Positions 1 to 11,019 of a stretch of DNA of 64,000 nucleotides are shown one piece after another. This DNA comes from Candidatus Enterousia sp. (GTDB taxonomy: Bacteria; Pseudomonadota; Alphaproteobacteria; Rs-D84), in contig JAZLCH010000010.1 of the NCBI GenBank assembly GCA_045614145.1, forward strand, positions 82,489 through 146,488. The letters run 5' to 3'. Position numbers and translations under genes: made by a program. Position 1 is the stretch's first letter; each line of letters opens with the position of its first letter. The notes beneath the pieces are model-generated. The model ran no database searches, was not told where the DNA came from, and saw nothing but the letters and a program-made list of their open reading frames with translations.

Positions 1-148
1 GCAGAAAGTTCGCAAACAGTGTTGTAATAACATCTGCGCACCCCAGCACGATACCCACATGTCCACTGGCGGCCGTACGAATTGCGTGCAACGCCAACGC
101 GCGCACAGCATTTGCCATTTCTTTTAAATCTTTGGAATTATATTTCAT
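1..148 (-). CDS. tkt: Transketolase, N-terminal part (runs off window start)
   Basis: My translation of the minus strand from ATG at 148 is MKYNSKDLKEMANAVRALALHAIRTAASGHVGIVLGCADVITTLFANFL, matching the transketolase N-terminus (ANAxRxL...SGH). Not in the ORF track. Confidence 0.8.
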   Translation of the reverse strand, partial: MKYNSKDLKEMANAVRALALHAIRTAASGHVGIVLGCADVITTLFANFL

Positions 149-183
149 ATGTGATATTATATCATAAAAAGGACACATATAAA

Positions 184-612
184 ATGCTAAAAATCTGGAC
201 AGATGGTTCATGCCTGGGCAATCCCGGCCCTGGCGGATGGGGATTTGTTGCAACCGACGGCAAAAACATTGCCGAACGCAGCGGTGGCGAAACAAACACT
301 ACGAACAATCGTATGGAATTAATGGCGGTAATACGCGCGCTGACGGCGGCCGCCCGCCACAGCGAATTGGAAATTCACACCGACAGCCAATATGTAAAAA
401 ACGGCATGCAGTCCTGGCTAAAGAATTGGAAAAAGAACAATTGGCGCACCGCGGACAAAAAGCCGGTCAAAAATCAAGACCTGTGGCAAAAACTGGACGA
501 ATTGGCATCATCCAAGACAATCCATTGGCATTGGGTCAAGGGACACGCAGGCAATGAAATGAACGAACGTGTAGACACATTGGCGCGCACCGCCGCCGAG
601 AGTTTTAAATAA
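184..612 (+). CDS. rnhA: Ribonuclease HI
   Basis: WTDGSCLGNPGPGGW, TTNNRMEL, TDSQYV, WHWVKGHAG, NERVD motifs; start placed at ATG 184 after AAGGA. Confidence 0.97.
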   Translation: MLKIWTDGSCLGNPGPGGWGFVATDGKNIAERSGGETNTTNNRMELMAVIRALTAAARHSELEIHTDSQYVKNGMQSWLKNWKKNNWRTADKKPVKNQDLWQKLDELASSKTIHWHWVKGHAGNEMNERVDTLARTAAESFK

Positions 613-763
613 AAATCACGCCTTTAATACTGTTATCTAACACCAACGCACATTGGACAAAGGCGCCCCAAGCATATACAACGCATCAACCACACATTGA
701 TAGCAAACGTCAAAATAATAAAAACTAATTCCCAAATAAAAAAAATTACAAATCAACAAACAC

Positions 764-792
764 AAAAAAACGCCCCAAACGGGGCGATTTTT
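764..792. terminator. Bidirectional intrinsic terminator
   Basis: A-tract, CGCCCC-AAAC-GGGGCG (771-786), T-tract, between convergent genes. Confidence 0.75.
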
Positions 793-2200
793 AATCAATC
801 CAAAACTTACCATACGACGTTGGGGCATCCGCATCTCCCACCGGCACCGTACCAACAACCCCATCGGTCATATCTGACGTAACCTTGCCCCATGCTACGC
901 TGCCGCTTCCATCCGACCACAAAACGCCCGTCACCGAACTAGACCCCATGATCTTCTCTGTCGTCACGGCCCTGCCAGAAATCTTGTCTGTCGTCACTGC
1001 ACCGTCGGAAATTGCAAAATTTTCAACAGCCTTGCCGGCAATCATATTCGACGTCACCCAGCCAGTCTCGCTTTTGGAAATCTTGGCTGGCGTCACGGCG
1101 CCGTCGTCAATCATATCCGATGTCACCTTGCCCCAACCTACAGCACCCCCCGTTCCATTCGACACCAATACTCCCTTAGAAGTAGCTAAAATCTTTTCCG
1201 CCGTCACAGCCCTGCCAGAAATCTTGTCTGTCGTCACGGCACCATCAGCAATCATATCCGACACCACCCAGCCAGAATAACTTCTGGAAATCATATCCGA
1301 CGTCACCCAACCAGTCTCGCTTTTGGAAATCATATCCGACGTCACCCAACCAGTCTCGCTTTTGGAAATCATATCTGGCGTCACCCAACCAGTCTCGCTT
1401 TTGGAAATCTTGGCTGGCGTCACTGCACCGTCATAAATCTTAGCTGTCGTCACTGCCCTGTCGCCAATCAAATTCGATGTCACCTTGCCCCATTTTACGC
1501 TGCTGGCTCCATCCGTCCACAAAACGCCCGTCACCGAACTAGAACCTTCGATCTTGTCCGTCGTCACGGCCCTGCCAGAAATCTTGTCTGTTGTCACGGC
1601 ACCATCGTAAATCTTCTCTGTCGTCACGGCCCTGCCAGAAATCTTGTCTGTCGTCACTGCACCGTCGGAAATTGCAAATTCTTCAACAGCCTTGCCGGCA
1701 ATCATATCCGACGTCACCCAACCAGTCTCGCTTTTGGAAATCTTGGCTGGTTTAACTGCGCCGTCGGCAATCATATCCGTTGTTATATACCCCGGATAGA
1801 CCGTGCCGTCTTCGTCCGTCACCATGGCCCTGTTCTTATAATCAGCCCCCTGTTCAACATTAACTTTACCGCTTAATGCACCCTCGGCCTTTTCTGCCGC
1901 TTCCTGGGCATCATCTGCCGAATCTTTGGCGTCAATTGCATATTTGCCCGCCTCCGCTGCATGTTCTTCGGCATGCGCCGCCGCATTACCAGCTTTCTCA
2001 ACCACATTATTTACATAGCTAACACTTGCAATCCCCACCGTGGGCAGGCTGTTCACATCTATTACAAAATCCGATGAATGGTCCGTTTTCACCCCATCAC
2101 CCGTATAATCATATTCATCCGCTGCAAATGCCAACACTGGATTTACCGCCAACATGGCACACAAAGACACTGTAAATACGATTTTTTTTACTTCAATCAT
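791..2200 (-). CDS. Exported repeat-rich protein with (D)GAVTTDKI-type fibre repeats
   Basis: Signal peptide (KKIVF...VLAFA), short coiled coil, many GAVTxxKI / SKSETGWVTSDMI repeats, C-terminal ...YGKFWID. Confidence 0.8.
   Translation of the reverse strand: MIEVKKIVFTVSLCAMLAVNPVLAFAADEYDYTGDGVKTDHSSDFVIDVNSLPTVGIASVSYVNNVVEKAGNAAAHAEEHAAEAGKYAIDAKDSADDAQEAAEKAEGALSGKVNVEQGADYKNRAMVTDEDGTVYPGYITTDMIADGAVKPAKISKSETGWVTSDMIAGKAVEEFAISDGAVTTDKISGRAVTTEKIYDGAVTTDKISGRAVTTDKIEGSSSVTGVLWTDGASSVKWGKVTSNLIGDRAVTTAKIYDGAVTPAKISKSETGWVTPDMISKSETGWVTSDMISKSETGWVTSDMISRSYSGWVVSDMIADGAVTTDKISGRAVTAEKILATSKGVLVSNGTGGAVGWGKVTSDMIDDGAVTPAKISKSETGWVTSNMIAGKAVENFAISDGAVTTDKISGRAVTTEKIMGSSSVTGVLWSDGSGSVAWGKVTSDMTDGVVGTVPVGDADAPTSYGKFWID
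951..1750. repeat. Intragenic duplications: 140-bp direct repeat (951-1090 vs 1611-1750) and 39-bp tandem x3 (1285-1401)
   Basis: The 140-bp copies differ at 4 positions; the 39-bp unit TGGAAATCATATCCGACGTCACCCAACCAGTCTCGCTTT encodes the 13-aa repeat. Confidence 0.9.
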
Positions 2201-2332
2201 AATGACCCCACCATATAATTTTGCAAATGCACTCTCTTATTCTTGTATGGAATTATACAAAATATCACATACTCTGACAAGCACATTTTTATACTTTTTT
2301 AAAAAAAAACTCCCCGGACACGCCCGGGGAAT

Positions 2333-2992
2333 CTATCCGCGAAATCCCATCGCAACAATAAACATTTCCACACTATCCTTGCGCGAAGACGGTGGTTTCA
2401 TATGACACACATTATCAAATCGTTCCTTAATCTGCTTCAACAAATCCTGGGTTGTGCCACCGGTAAATGATTTACATACGAATGTTCCGCCCGGCTTTAA
2501 CGCGCGCAACGCGAAATCAAACGCATATTCCAGCAACACCATCTGACGAATATGATCTGTTTTTTTATGTCCAACCGTATTTGGCGCCATATCAGACACA
2601 ACAAGATCAGCCGTGCCACCGCCGACCGAATCGGCATCCAGCCCCAACTTCTCTTCCAGCCAGCGCAGGGCCGCATCCGACGTAAAGTCCCCCTGGTACG
2701 TTTCAACCCCAACAATTGGTGATATTTCCAATAAATCCATTGCAAATATCTTTGATTTTGGATATGTACGCGCAATATATTGCGACCACGACCCTGGCGC
2801 CGCCCCCAGGTCAACCACCACCTGGCCATTGCGCAAGAATTTGAATTTTTCATTCATTTCAATCAGTTTATACGCCGCGCGTGCGCGATAGCCATCCTTG
2901 TGCGCGCGCGCAACATATGGATCTGCCGCCTGGCGTTGCAACCATGCGACCGAAGACTTCTTGCTGGCAATTTTTTTATTTGTTATTTTCAT
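2333..2992 (-). CDS. rlmE: 23S rRNA Um2552 2'-O-methyltransferase RlmE/FtsJ
   Basis: GYRARAAYKL, VVDLGAAPGSWSQ, SDMAPN, KPPSSRKDSVE. Confidence 0.96.
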   Translation of the reverse strand: MKITNKKIASKKSSVAWLQRQAADPYVARAHKDGYRARAAYKLIEMNEKFKFLRNGQVVVDLGAAPGSWSQYIARTYPKSKIFAMDLLEISPIVGVETYQGDFTSDAALRWLEEKLGLDADSVGGGTADLVVSDMAPNTVGHKKTDHIRQMVLLEYAFDFALRALKPGGTFVCKSFTGGTTQDLLKQIKERFDNVCHMKPPSSRKDSVEMFIVAMGFRG

Positions 2993-3001
2993 ATTTTGCC
3001 G

Positions 3002-3526
3002 TTAATTTCCCTGCGGTTTTACACCGGGCATACCGCCCTGGGCCTGCATACGTGCCATAACGGCCTCCATCCCGCCCATGCGCTGAATCATTGCCATTTG
3101 CTGTTTCATTTTTGTATATTGCTTTATCATATGTTCAACTTCACGAACGGTACAGCCAGCTGTTTCTGCAATACGCGCCTTGGCATTGGCAAAGACCTTT
3201 TCTGGCTCGGCCCGTTCGGCGGGTGTCATTGCCTCTAGAATATTAATCTGGGCATCAACACTGCCATCTTTAATCTTTTCTTTCATTGCGCCGACCGCAT
3301 CTTTCATTCCCGGCACCATTTTCAACAGACCACTAAAATTGCTCATTTTCTTTATCTGTTTCAACTGCGCCAACATATCATTCATGTCAAACTGGCCCGA
3401 CATCATACGTGCGGCTGCCTCTTTCATGCCGCTGGGCATTTTATCGGCACCTAAATCCTTTTCAGCAGCCTTGATATCTGCCGCGGTAAAGTTATTTTTA
3501 TCTTTCTTTTTTCCAAATCCAAACAT
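3002..3526 (-). CDS. Stand-alone SRP54/Ffh M-domain-like protein (no NG domain)
   Basis: GQFDMNDMLAQLKQIKKM..LLKMVPGM and AMTPAER..PE align with the Ffh M domain; Met-rich; only 174 aa. Confidence 0.8.
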   Translation of the reverse strand: MFGFGKKKDKNNFTAADIKAAEKDLGADKMPSGMKEAAARMMSGQFDMNDMLAQLKQIKKMSNFSGLLKMVPGMKDAVGAMKEKIKDGSVDAQINILEAMTPAERAEPEKVFANAKARIAETAGCTVREVEHMIKQYTKMKQQMAMIQRMGGMEAVMARMQAQGGMPGVKPQGN

Positions 3527-3532
3527 AACAGC

Positions 3533-6406
3533 TTACTCCTTTTTTTGCCTATTTATTTTATTGTCTTTTCCAGATTTATCAAGATACTTCTTTAAATATT
3601 TTCCTGTTTTTGATTCTGGAACATTTGCAATATCTTCTGGTGTACCGGTTGCAACAATTTGCCCACCGCCCGCGCCACCGGCGGGCCCCAAATCAATAAT
3701 CCAATCCGCAGTCTTAATAACCTCCAGATTATGTTCAATAACAATGACTGTATTTCCCTGCTCTACCAATTCATGCAGGACGGACAACAACAACTTAATA
3801 TCTTCGAAATGCAGGCCTGTTGTCGGCTCGTCCAGGATATAGATTGTCTCGCCCGTACTGCGCGCGGCCAATTCTTTGGATAATTTTATACGCTGTGCTT
3901 CGCCCCCGGATAAATCCAACGAACTTTGCCCCAGTTTTATATAGTCCAACCCCACACGCTTTAACAGTTCTAACTTGCGCGCAATTTTTGGCACATTTAT
4001 AAAGAAACGATACGCTTCTTCGACCGTCATGTTCAACACATCTGCGATTGATTTACCTTTGTACTTAACAGCCAACGTTTCTTCGTTATATCGCGCCCCA
4101 CGACAACAATCGCATTCCACATACACATCGGCCAAGAAGTTCATTTCAATCTTAATCTGACCGTCACCCTGACAGGCCTCGCATCGGCCACCCTTGACAT
4201 TAAATGAAAAGCGTCCCGGCCCATATCCACGCGCCTTGGATTCAGGTAAATCGGCAAAGAAATCGCGTATATCACCAAACACACCTGTATATGTTGCCGG
4301 GTTACTGCGCGGGCTGCGTCCAATTGGCGATTGATCAATATCAACCACTTTATCTACATTTTCCATGCCCGTTATAATATCATGCGCCCCTGTTTCTATT
4401 TTTGAATTATACAGCGCACGCATCAACGCCGGATACAATGTATTCAACAACAGTGTTGATTTACCAGACCCTGACACACCCGTCAATGCCACAAATTTCC
4501 CCAGCGGAAATTCAGCCGTCACATTTTTCAGATTATTTTCACGCGCGCCATGCACAATGATTGACTGTCCACTGCCCGCACGTCGCGACGACGGCACCGC
4601 AATTTTACGCGCACCTGACAAATACTGACCAGTAATTGAATCTTTATTTTTTATTACCTGGGCCGGCGTTCCCGCCGCAATAACATTTCCGCCATTTATA
4701 CCTGCGCCACGCCCAATATCAACCAACCAATCCGCCGCCCGCATTGCATCTTCATCATGTTCAACCACAATAACAGTATTATCCTTGTCACGCAGCATTT
4801 TCAGCGTTTCCAGCAATTTGTCATTATCTGCCTGGTGCAGGCCGATTGACGGCTCGTCCAGCACATATAAAACCCCAGACAGCCCACTGCCAATCTGTGA
4901 TGCCAGACGAATGCGCTGGGCCTCGCCCCCAGACAGGGTTCCCGCCATACGCGACAGTGTTAAATACCCCAGTCCTACATTTTGCAGGAAATACAATCGG
5001 TCTGTGATTTCACGCAATACGACACGCGCTATCTCGTTATCTTTTTGCGTCAGATGATTTGGCAAATCGCGGAACCATTCCAGGGAATCATCAACCGACA
5101 TATCGCACACATCCATAATATCCGCACCATTTATTCGCACACACAACGCATGAATATTCAGTCGCTTGCCATGACAAACAGGGCACGGTTTTTCAGATTG
5201 ATACTTTGCCAATTCTGCCCGCATTGCCTCGGAGTCCGATTCGCGCCAACGCCGCTCTATATTTGGAATAACACCTTCGTATGGCTTTTCATAGACATAA
5301 CCGTTCCAGGTTATCTTAATCGCCTGGTCTCCGCTGCCATATAAAATCAAATTTTTCTGTTCCTGGGTCAGTGTATGCCACGGTTTTGACATTGGAATCT
5401 TGAACTTTTTATGCAGGGCATCTAACAGATGTTCAAACTGACTTAACATCCCGCCACGCGACCACGGCGCGATTGCCCCACCCAGGATTGACTTGGACGG
5501 GTCTGGCACGACCAAATCTGGCGACATATTTAATTGAACCCCCAATCCGTCACAATTCTGACACGCACCCATTGGCGCATTAAACGAAAACAATCGCGGT
5601 TCAATTTTTGGCACAGTAAACCCACTGACCGGGCATGCATAATTTTGCGAATACAATGTATCTTCGTTTGTGTCTAGGCGGCGCACCAACACAGATCCTG
5701 GCACCAATCGCAGCGACCCTTCGAACGAAGAATACATACGCGAACGAAATTCTTCCACATCTGCGCCATCGTCTGGCATTTGCAGACGGTCAACAACAAC
5801 CAATATCGTGTGCTTTTTATTTTTATCCAGCGGCGGCACCGCAGACAAATCAACCAATTCATCATCAATAATCGCGCGTTGATATCCCTGCTTTACCAAG
5901 AACGCCAACTCTTTGCGATATTCACCCTTTCGTTCACGCACCAGTGGCGCCAATATAAAGATTCTGGTGCCTGATGGGATTTTCATGGTCCAATCAACCA
6001 TTTCCGCAACTGTCTGTGATTTAATCGGTTTTCCCGTCACAGGCGAATGTGGCACCCCAATACGCGCCCACAGCAAACGCAGATAATCATATATCTCGGT
6101 CACGGTACCAACCGTCGAACGCGGATTTTTAGATGTGGTCTTTTGTTCAATTGAAATCGCGGGTGCCAATCCTTCTATCAAATCAACATCTGGCTTTTTC
6201 TGCATATCCAAGAATTGACGCGCATAACTGGACAGTGACTCGACATATCTGCGCTGTCCTTCGGCATAAATTGTATTAAACGCCAACGAAGATTTTCCCG
6301 ACCCAGATACGCCAGTCAAGACCACCAATTTATTTTTTGGTATGTCCAAATCAACATTTTTAAGATTATTTTCGCGCGCCCCGCGAATTTTTATAAAACT
6401 TGCCAT
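3533..6406 (-). CDS. uvrA: Excinuclease ABC subunit A
   Basis: GARENNLK, two GVSGSGKS Walker A motifs, [11 protein letters not shown], Zn-finger CxxC pairs, LSGGEAQR x2. Confidence 0.99.
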   Translation of the reverse strand: MASFIKIRGARENNLKNVDLDIPKNKLVVLTGVSGSGKSSLAFNTIYAEGQRRYVESLSSYARQFLDMQKKPDVDLIEGLAPAISIEQKTTSKNPRSTVGTVTEIYDYLRLLWARIGVPHSPVTGKPIKSQTVAEMVDWTMKIPSGTRIFILAPLVRERKGEYRKELAFLVKQGYQRAIIDDELVDLSAVPPLDKNKKHTILVVVDRLQMPDDGADVEEFRSRMYSSFEGSLRLVPGSVLVRRLDTNEDTLYSQNYACPVSGFTVPKIEPRLFSFNAPMGACQNCDGLGVQLNMSPDLVVPDPSKSILGGAIAPWSRGGMLSQFEHLLDALHKKFKIPMSKPWHTLTQEQKNLILYGSGDQAIKITWNGYVYEKPYEGVIPNIERRWRESDSEAMRAELAKYQSEKPCPVCHGKRLNIHALCVRINGADIMDVCDMSVDDSLEWFRDLPNHLTQKDNEIARVVLREITDRLYFLQNVGLGYLTLSRMAGTLSGGEAQRIRLASQIGSGLSGVLYVLDEPSIGLHQADNDKLLETLKMLRDKDNTVIVVEHDEDAMRAADWLVDIGRGAGINGGNVIAAGTPAQVIKNKDSITGQYLSGARKIAVPSSRRAGSGQSIIVHGARENNLKNVTAEFPLGKFVALTGVSGSGKSTLLLNTLYPALMRALYNSKIETGAHDIITGMENVDKVVDIDQSPIGRSPRSNPATYTGVFGDIRDFFADLPESKARGYGPGRFSFNVKGGRCEACQGDGQIKIEMNFLADVYVECDCCRGARYNEETLAVKYKGKSIADVLNMTVEEAYRFFINVPKIARKLELLKRVGLDYIKLGQSSLDLSGGEAQRIKLSKELAARSTGETIYILDEPTTGLHFEDIKLLLSVLHELVEQGNTVIVIEHNLEVIKTADWIIDLGPAGGAGGGQIVATGTPEDIANVPESKTGKYLKKYLDKSGKDNKINRQKKE

Positions 6407-6474
6407 GACAAAGATATAGGTTATCTGATTATTTTTTCAATACAAAGGGCGAAAATTCCTTTCGCCCTGTATAC

Positions 6475-7359
6475 TTATTTTTTCTTATTCCCCAGCAAAC
6501 TGTCTGGGTTCAGCATAATACCACTTTTCCTGGTATGATCTGCACCTGCATCCGGTATTAATTTTCCATTTACCCAAATATCAATACCGCCCGCGTTGCC
6601 AAATGTCGCCTTGTACTTGTTACCAACCGGCACGTAATAAATATCCCCTGGCACCAATACGCGACTAAACACCGTGTTACCACGTCCATCTTCAACCTTT
6701 ACCCATGATTCTTGGGACGCCTGTAAAATAACATTTGCCTTGTCACGATTATCTGTACCAAATCTTTCACGCACCGTCAGTTTGTATTCAGGTTCTGTAC
6801 TCAACACTTCTTCAACAACAGGTACCACTGGCGTGACATCTTCTGTCTTTTCTGGTCCCGACAACAAAACAATCCCCAACACAACCAGCGCAATCGCTAC
6901 CAACACCCCCGCAAACCAAATCCAATGCTGATACACAAACTGATATGCTTTAACAAAATAAACCTTGGTCCAGTTTTCTTCCTTGATACTGGGCATTGCG
7001 CACGCGCTGACATCTTCATCAGAATCTGCACAATCAGATGTCAAGCCCATTTCTTTTTTTATTTTTGCAATAACCTCATCAGGATTTAATCCCAGTTCCA
7101 TTGCATAATTTCGCGCAAACCCCAAAATATAAACAGGCTCTGGGATTGCGGCATAATCACCATTTTCCAAGGCTTCTAAAAATTCCTCGCGAATGCACAG
7201 TTGTTTTGCAATTGTTGAAATTTCACGTTTACGACGACCGGTTGTACGTGCATTGTGCAACATCTGCCCCGCGGTTAGTTCTACAGGTACCTCAACAACA
7301 TCCGCGACAACGTCTGCAACAACATCAGTTTTTTCTACATTTTCAATATTTTCTGTCAT
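6475..7359 (-). CDS. rodZ: RodZ-like cell-shape protein (HTH - TM - DUF4115)
   Basis: IREEFLEALENGDY..IP..VYILGFARNYA HTH, single TM, SWVKVEDG...GNAGG C-domain; start placed at MTENIE. Confidence 0.88.
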   Translation of the reverse strand: MTENIENVEKTDVVADVVADVVEVPVELTAGQMLHNARTTGRRKREISTIAKQLCIREEFLEALENGDYAAIPEPVYILGFARNYAMELGLNPDEVIAKIKKEMGLTSDCADSDEDVSACAMPSIKEENWTKVYFVKAYQFVYQHWIWFAGVLVAIALVVLGIVLLSGPEKTEDVTPVVPVVEEVLSTEPEYKLTVRERFGTDNRDKANVILQASQESWVKVEDGRGNTVFSRVLVPGDIYYVPVGNKYKATFGNAGGIDIWVNGKLIPDAGADHTRKSGIMLNPDSLLGNKKK

Positions 7360-7390
7360 ATCACAAAACCCCATAATTATTAACTTTCCG

Positions 7391-8302
7391 TTAAATAATA
7401 GACCAAAATTCACGAATTGCAACCTTTAACGCAGCCGCATCCTCTATTTGATTAACCCTAATGCGAAAATCAGACGAATTTTTCATCCCTGCGCTGTACC
7501 ACGCAGCATGCTTTCTAAACATTGGGACGGCTGTCTTTTCGCCATAGTATTCCAACGCATATTCCAAATGCCGCAGCACAATTTCACCAACATTATCTGG
7601 CACATTGCCACCATGCATCTGTGATATCAGCCACGGCCGCCCCAGCATTGCACGCCCAATCATCGCCCCTGCATACCCCAATGATTCTGGCCCCACCAAA
7701 TCATCTGCTGTTTTTATATCACCATTTGCAATAATTGGGATTGGGCAATCAGACACATCGGGCAATTGCGCCCGCCCCAAATACAGCTGTGCCCGTGTAC
7801 GCCCATGCAGCGCAGCAAACCGCACACCGCACCCTGCCGCCACATCAATCAAAGCACGCCAATCACGATGTTCATCATCCCACCCCAAACGCGTCTTAAT
7901 CGAAACTGGAATTTGCACTGCACGCACAACCGCAGTCATAATCTGCCCCGCCAATTTATGGTCTCGCATCAGATGCGCCCCCGCCCCTGCGCGTGTTGCA
8001 ACCTTGGGCACAGGACACCCCATATTAATATCAATCCATTTAGCCCCTGCATCTTGTAAAATACGGGCCGCATCCGCCATCAAATTAGCATCCGCCCCAA
8101 AAATTTGGGCACCAACATTGCCTTCGTCTGCATAATTATCGAAATTACGCAAACAATTTCTATGCGCCCCCACCAACGAATGACACGAAATCATTTCTGT
8201 AACCAATGGGGCTTCATGCGAAAACAAACGCACCATGCGACGAAACGGCCGGTCAGTCACGCCCGCCAAAGGTGCAGCAAAAATTTGATTATTACTAAAC
8301 AT
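7391..8302 (-). CDS. dusB: tRNA-dihydrouridine synthase (DusB family)
   Basis: APLAGVTD, IDINMGCP, SIKTRLGW, HGRT, ANGDI, MIGR; start placed at MFSNNQ. Confidence 0.93.
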   Translation of the reverse strand: MFSNNQIFAAPLAGVTDRPFRRMVRLFSHEAPLVTEMISCHSLVGAHRNCLRNFDNYADEGNVGAQIFGADANLMADAARILQDAGAKWIDINMGCPVPKVATRAGAGAHLMRDHKLAGQIMTAVVRAVQIPVSIKTRLGWDDEHRDWRALIDVAAGCGVRFAALHGRTRAQLYLGRAQLPDVSDCPIPIIANGDIKTADDLVGPESLGYAGAMIGRAMLGRPWLISQMHGGNVPDNVGEIVLRHLEYALEYYGEKTAVPMFRKHAAWYSAGMKNSSDFRIRVNQIEDAAALKVAIREFWSII

Positions 8303-8321
8303 TTGTGATATAATGCCATCT

Positions 8322-8648
8322 ATGAAAGGAAAAATCAAAAATTTATTTAAATTTATCGGGCGCGCCTGGTCTGGGGGCATCCGTGGCAAACTGGGCCTGG
8401 GGTTGGCAGGATTTGCAACATTTATGTTCATCGGTCTGTTCTGGGGCGACGTTAATATTCAGCGTTTTACAATAAACACATTTCAACTAAATCGCGAACG
8501 CGCCCAATTATTATCAGAACAAGAAAAATTAAACGACCTGAATAAACACATTGAATTACTTCAGGGCTACAGTGCTGACTACATCGAAGAACTGGGGCTA
8601 AAATACCTGAACATCGGCGACCCCAAAACAAAAATTTTAAAGATATAA
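8322..8648 (+). CDS. Septum formation initiator (FtsB/DivIC-like)
   Basis: Short cytoplasmic N-term, one TM, coiled coil, DYIEE motif. Confidence 0.7.
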   Translation: MKGKIKNLFKFIGRAWSGGIRGKLGLGLAGFATFMFIGLFWGDVNIQRFTINTFQLNRERAQLLSEQEKLNDLNKHIELLQGYSADYIEELGLKYLNIGDPKTKILKI

Positions 8649-8672
8649 AAACCCCACTTTTGGGGGCTTTTA

Positions 8673-9149
8673 TTAATTTAACATCAATATCACACCATTC
8701 AAATACAGGGCAAAGCACAACCATAATAAATACGGCCACACCAAATAAGACGCCGCCCGACTGATTGGTTTAAATACAACCATCATCCAAATAGTAATCG
8801 CTATCAACGCAACCAGTGTCAGCAACGCCCCACCGACCATCTGCAAACCAAAGAACAAATAAGTCCACAAAGCATTCAAACCCATCTGAATCACGAACAA
8901 TGCATATGCGCCTGATTTATTCTGACGCGTTCTGTCATTATTCATAATTAAGAACAATGAAATACCCAACAATGTATACAGTATAAACCACGCAATCATA
9001 AACACCCACCCATTTGGCGTTAATACCGAGTGATTTAAACCATTATACCACACATCTGCCCCCGGCGACATTGGCGAAAAAAAACCACCAATGATACCTG
9101 GGATAAATGAAATAACAATTGCTAAAACAAACATTAAAATTTTTTTCAT
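8673..9149 (-). CDS. tspO: TspO/MBR tryptophan-rich sensory protein
   Basis: WYNGL..TPNGWVF..W..LY, LNALW, PYLLWLCFALYLN. Confidence 0.93.
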   Translation of the reverse strand: MKKILMFVLAIVISFIPGIIGGFFSPMSPGADVWYNGLNHSVLTPNGWVFMIAWFILYTLLGISLFLIMNNDRTRQNKSGAYALFVIQMGLNALWTYLFFGLQMVGGALLTLVALIAITIWMMVVFKPISRAASYLVWPYLLWLCFALYLNGVILMLN

Positions 9150-9346
9150 ATTTCTCTCCTTTTGACACAATGATACCATAAAGATTTTATAACAATAACA
9201 GGAACGATTACCCAATAAAAAACGCCACCTCAGTGGCATTTGCTGCATTTTTTTAGTTCCTATAATCAAACACAAAACCGCCACTTTCGTGACGGTTTAC
9301 AACATGCTTGCTACTACAATCTCGCTGCAGCGCAAGCGAAAGCGGA

Positions 9347-9393
9347 TGGCGCGCCCTGCAGGATTCGAACCTGCGACCTGCAGATTAGAAATC
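9347..9393 (-). pseudogene. 3' half of host tRNA-Arg(UCU), separated from its 5' half by the island
   Basis: Minus strand GATTTCTAATCTGCAGGTCGCAGGTTCGAATCCTGCAGGGCGCGCCA = anticodon loop, T-arm, acceptor 3' strand and CCA; no D-arm adjacent. Confidence 0.93.
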
Positions 9394-9466
9394 GTCTGAA
9401 CCGAAACCGATTGTTTGCCAGATTTCCGCCCTTTTCTACCATTTTACCCTTATTACAAATTCCATA

Positions 9467-9489
9467 CTATGTAGCAAATATGTAACATT
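9467..9489. repeat. Putative integrase arm-type sites, left end
   Basis: CTATGTAGCAAATATGTAACATT matches 31195-31217 at 22/23 positions. Confidence 0.75.
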
Positions 9490-9512
9490 TTTGTAGGAAT
9501 GCACATAAAACG

Positions 9513-10553
9513 CTACACAACTTCCCAATGACCGCCACGATCTGGACCAATACGACGAATTTTACCAGACTTTTTCAATTTATCCAAATTCCATTTTACG
9601 CCATCCGGACTCAGCCCCGTTGCGCTGGCCAAATCAGCACGCGTTGCACTTGGATTCTTTACCAAAACATCCAATATTTTCTGGGCAGTTTTCTGGGTAG
9701 TTTTCTGGGTAGTTTTTGCCCCCATTTCCTTTATCTGCATTTCACGATTATCAAGGCGATTTTTCTCGCCCAATAACAAATTACCAAAGAATTTGTTCAA
9801 GTATTCCATCGTGTACGGAATATTCCTTTCCAGATTTTGATAATTCGCACGAACCAGTGCATTTCTGAAATATTTCGCATGCTTTTCAAACATTTCATTG
9901 TTTGTATGCAAACCCAACGTATCTAAATACTTTATAATAAATACAACTGTTGCGCGAGTATTCCCCTCGCCAAACGGGTGTATTTGCCATATCCCAGACA
10001 TAAATCTTTCGATATGTTCTATGCGTTGGCGTTTGGTTAAACTGCTATAATCAAACTGTTTCTCTTGTGCAAAATCATATTCCAGCGTTTCAGCAATACT
10101 GTCTGCCCGCCCATAAACAACAGTATCATTATTCAATATTTCTTCTTTCTTGGTTATGTTATATGTGCGGAACTGACCAGCTATTTTTTTATCCAGAATA
10201 CCATCAAACAAAGCCCCATGAATCGATTTATATTCGGCCGGGCTGAATGTAAATGTCTTTTCACTTAGTAATTTGGCAATACGCGCTGACACCTTATCCG
10301 CTTCTTGCTCGTCTTGCTCTTTCTGGGTAGTTGCAGCATTTTCACGATAATAGCGATTTATTTCGCGTTCTGCATCATAGACCGATATTTTCCCCTCTAT
10401 ATTATCTTTCGCAATATCAATCAGATATCTAGATGGCGTTAAATTATCAACCTGTTGCAGACCAATGGCAACCCCCCAGTTCTCTGCACGAGTGCGTTTA
10501 TCTGGTTCGCCTTGCTTTTTATATTCGCTAAAATACTGCTTTTGTCTTGTCAT
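9513..10553 (-). CDS. Fic-domain protein with VbhA-like N-terminus and C-terminal wHTH
   Basis: HPFGEGNTRAT Fic motif; AIGLQQVDNLTPS N-region; IRRIGPDRGGHWEV winged HTH. Confidence 0.9.
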   Translation of the reverse strand: MTRQKQYFSEYKKQGEPDKRTRAENWGVAIGLQQVDNLTPSRYLIDIAKDNIEGKISVYDAEREINRYYRENAATTQKEQDEQEADKVSARIAKLLSEKTFTFSPAEYKSIHGALFDGILDKKIAGQFRTYNITKKEEILNNDTVVYGRADSIAETLEYDFAQEKQFDYSSLTKRQRIEHIERFMSGIWQIHPFGEGNTRATVVFIIKYLDTLGLHTNNEMFEKHAKYFRNALVRANYQNLERNIPYTMEYLNKFFGNLLLGEKNRLDNREMQIKEMGAKTTQKTTQKTAQKILDVLVKNPSATRADLASATGLSPDGVKWNLDKLKKSGKIRRIGPDRGGHWEVV

Positions 10554-11019
10554 CTCTGCATTTCATAGTAATCAAACTTCCCCACCTTTTCAACCAAGAA
10601 ATACAAGTGTTTTTAAATGTTTTCAATAAAACTAGGAGGTTGTTTGCATTAAAACGATAATTTGATAATACGTTCTGGTATAAGCGAAACAATATGACCA
10701 CGATATTATTATCTATAAAAAGTCATTTTTATATGAAATTTGCCTTGGTATGACAACATATCCTTTACAGGTTAAAATCAATGATGACATCTATCAAATT
10801 TCTTTCAACAGATTATTTAACGCCATGAATTTACAGACAAATTTTTATTTTGAAAACGCAATGTATTATTTTTGTACAAAAACAGATAAAACTGGATTAC
10901 AACTTGTAAACACACAAACGACTTCCCTAAAAAATAAGTGTTACATTTTTAGAAAATATATTGAAAATAAAGCATTTTTTTTCATAATATAATAATAAAT
11001 AAATTTGGAGCACACAAAA

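Noticed and set aside
951-1750. CRISPR array or DGR template/variable repeat
   Set aside because: The repeats are in-frame coding modules without unique spacers; no cas or reverse transcriptase gene is in the window.
9677-9716. 12-bp tandem repeat (KTTQ x3) in fic as a phase-variation tract
   Set aside because: The unit is a multiple of 3 in a linker before the HTH, so it cannot shift the frame.
10750-10992. 80-aa ORF upstream of the CD-NTase as a CBASS regulator
   Set aside because: AT-rich, no RBS or recognisable domain; more likely promoter region.
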